64,000 nucleotides of DNA, taken from a virus. This document shows, piece by piece, positions 62,501 to 64,000 of the stretch. The notes below the pieces were generated by a model, which saw nothing but the letters and a program-made list of their open reading frames with translations, was not told the DNA's origin and ran no database searches. How positions within the stretch are numbered: position 1 is the first letter of the stretch; the number at the start of each line of letters is the position of its first letter. Position numbers and translations under genes: made by a program. The stretch lies in the IMG/VR virus record IMGVR_UViG_3300009499_000053; one strand, 5' to 3'.

Positions 62501-63789
62501 TACTAACCATCTTAAAGATCGGATTCCTATCCAAACTTGGATAGTTAACTTTGGGAGATCTGAATGTTGGCATATGACATCTGAAGACTTGGAGTTAGAA
62601 CTAGATGGATAAAGATGAGAAGAGAAAGTTCTGGAGAAAGCTTCTAGGGTACAAGATTGGTGAAAAGGTCACCATAACTTATGAGATTCCCTCGACCTAT
62701 GAGGTTCCCAGAAGGAAAACAGACGGTAATATTGTGGACGTAAAGATGATTGGTGTAGCAGAGGTCTTTCTATCAGGAACAATAGTAGGATTTAAAAGAG
62801 ACACTCTAGTGCTTCAGACTGCTGACAAGGTAAGAATCAACCTAGATGAGAAGAGAATACTAGATGCCCGTGTTGCTTCGAAAGAGGATCAAAAAGATCT
62901 TAGATTACGTTGGGGAGAGAGTCTTGAAAGTTACCTCAAAAGAACGTACAAAAGCAAATAAGGTTTGGACTCGTGTCTTCGGTCTGAGGGTAGGAGACAA
63001 GGTTAGAGTACACAGAGGATTTGACACTCCTTTTGGGTTGACAGGGAAAACACGAGAGGGAGTAATTAGAGCTTTCGTAACTGAGGGTCTAGGAAGTCAT
63101 TGGGGTCCTTACATAGTTAGTATTAGAGGAGAAACATTCAATGGAGATATGTTCTGTAGGGAAGAGGAATTAGAGAAGATTGAAGATTCTAAAGAAGATT
63201 AGAGAACACTTTGCTTGGAAGGTAAGTAAGGAGGAAAATAAGAACTTCTGGAATCAGTTCTTTGCTTCTGAGAACCATAAAGAGTACATAGAAGAAATGC
63301 ATCGGTTGGAAGAGTATTTCCAGCAATTACGACTAAAGTATGAACAAGATTTTACTGAGGCAAAGGAAACTCTCCTTGCTACAACTAAGACTGTGGATAA
63401 AGTCAAGTACAGGATTCTTAGGAAGAGAGCTAGAGACACGAAGGAGAGAATGTTTAAACTCCGACAGCTTATATTCTCTAGAAGGGTTGAGTACAAGGAG
63501 AAGGTTAGACTTGAGTAAACAAGATCCATTAACAATACCATTAATCAGAGACTTCTGGAGAGAAGTATTCGGTATAGAATATACTATTTCCATACACACA
63601 GCAGTTTCTCCAATAAGCACAAGGACTTCCTATGGTGGATGGAGAAGAAAACCAGGGATTTATGTTTGGAGGGTATTGGAGATAAGTCCGAGTGGAAGTA
63701 GAATTGTGGCAGAGGGAGAGATCGCTAGGAAGGCTTCAGCAGAAGCTATGGCAACAGCTAGGTTGAGGGATATATTAGATGGCATCTAA
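59568..63789 (+). other. Run of 15 tag-bearing ORFs, mostly KOW/SH3-like: 59568-59801, 59798-60103, 60096-60326, 60317-60595, 60797-61075, 61062-61349, 61337-61603, 61596-61877, 61864-62097, 62081-62320, 62277-62612, 62605-62961, 62924-63202, 63180-63518, 63511-63789 (plus untagged Zn ribbon 60592-60795)
   Basis: LWRELF, LWRKLF, FFERLF, FWTKFF, VWRELL, FWNFFF, VFREIF, IWWELM, LWENLF, LWEKLF, FWERLF, FWRKLL, VWTRVF, FWNQFF, FWREVF, each within about 25 aa of the start. Confidence 0.7.
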
Positions 63790-64000
63790 ACAGGTCATAT
63801 GGTTAATTTGGGAAATGCAGATAGTAGATATTGGAACGACTAAGTACCAATATCAAAATCTCAGGGTAATTGCTAGTACCAAAGAGCTAGCTGAGATATA
63901 CTTAGAAATGTTTGAGAGAGACAGAAAGAATCGTCCAACTTGTGCAACAAAGGAAACATGGTTCAATGTTGAAGAGAGAGAGGTTGACCATGCCCTAGGG
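63779..64000 (+). CDS. Hypothetical protein (partial)
   Basis: ATG at 63779 overlapping the previous stop; open to the window end. Confidence 0.45.
   Translation, partial: MASKQVIWLIWEMQIVDIGTTKYQYQNLRVIASTKELAEIYLEMFERDRKNRPTCATKETWFNVEEREVDHALG

Noticed and set aside
29743-63620. Minus-strand ORFs on the right arm, and ORFs 30527..30745 and 31291..31542
   Set aside because: Shadows of plus-strand genes, or lying in the structured RNA without RBS or protein-like features
44947-63789. Recurring DNA like ctctggagaaaactcttt read as an integron attC, CRISPR or recombination repeat
   Set aside because: Variation is concentrated at synonymous positions, there is no palindrome or fixed spacing, and it is always in frame; it is the peptide tag
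1-64000. Provirus boundary, integrase, DGR, or a host chromosome segment around lonB/cca
   Set aside because: No integrase, reverse transcriptase, att site or run of housekeeping genes; host-like genes are singly embedded and coupled to viral ORFs

Overview
This window is almost certainly part of an archaeal tailed dsDNA virus (Caudoviricetes). No sheath gene is seen, so it is siphovirus-like. Archaeal signals are TATA/BRE-type promoters, a class I CCA-adding enzyme, a membrane-type LonB, an archease and a DUF2153-like gene; a Thermoproteota/Bathyarchaeia-like host is a guess. The left arm (1-29.5 kb, minus strand) is the morphogenesis module: TerS, TerL, portal, LonB, glycosyltransferase, fibre proteins, a multidomain ATP-dependent DNA ligase, a triple LigD-phosphoesterase protein, prohead protease, HK97-fold capsid, neck and tail genes, a -1 frameshifting tail chaperone, tape measure and hub. 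The right arm (29.8-64 kb, plus strand) opens with a ~1.2 kb strongly self-complementary stretch with two tRNA-like folds and no convincing ORF. It continues with the CCA enzyme, an HD hydrolase, a dual-specificity phosphatase, a MoxR/VWA pair, an RNA ligase, an archease and many small overlapping ORFs. The main unexplained signal is that about 40 otherwise different small proteins share one terminal peptide, (basic)-[LFV]-[WF]-x-x-[LVIF]-F, fused to interchangeable KOW/SH3-like or Zn-binding domains, which suggests a modular docking-tag system. All calls are by eye from motifs; no database searches were run.
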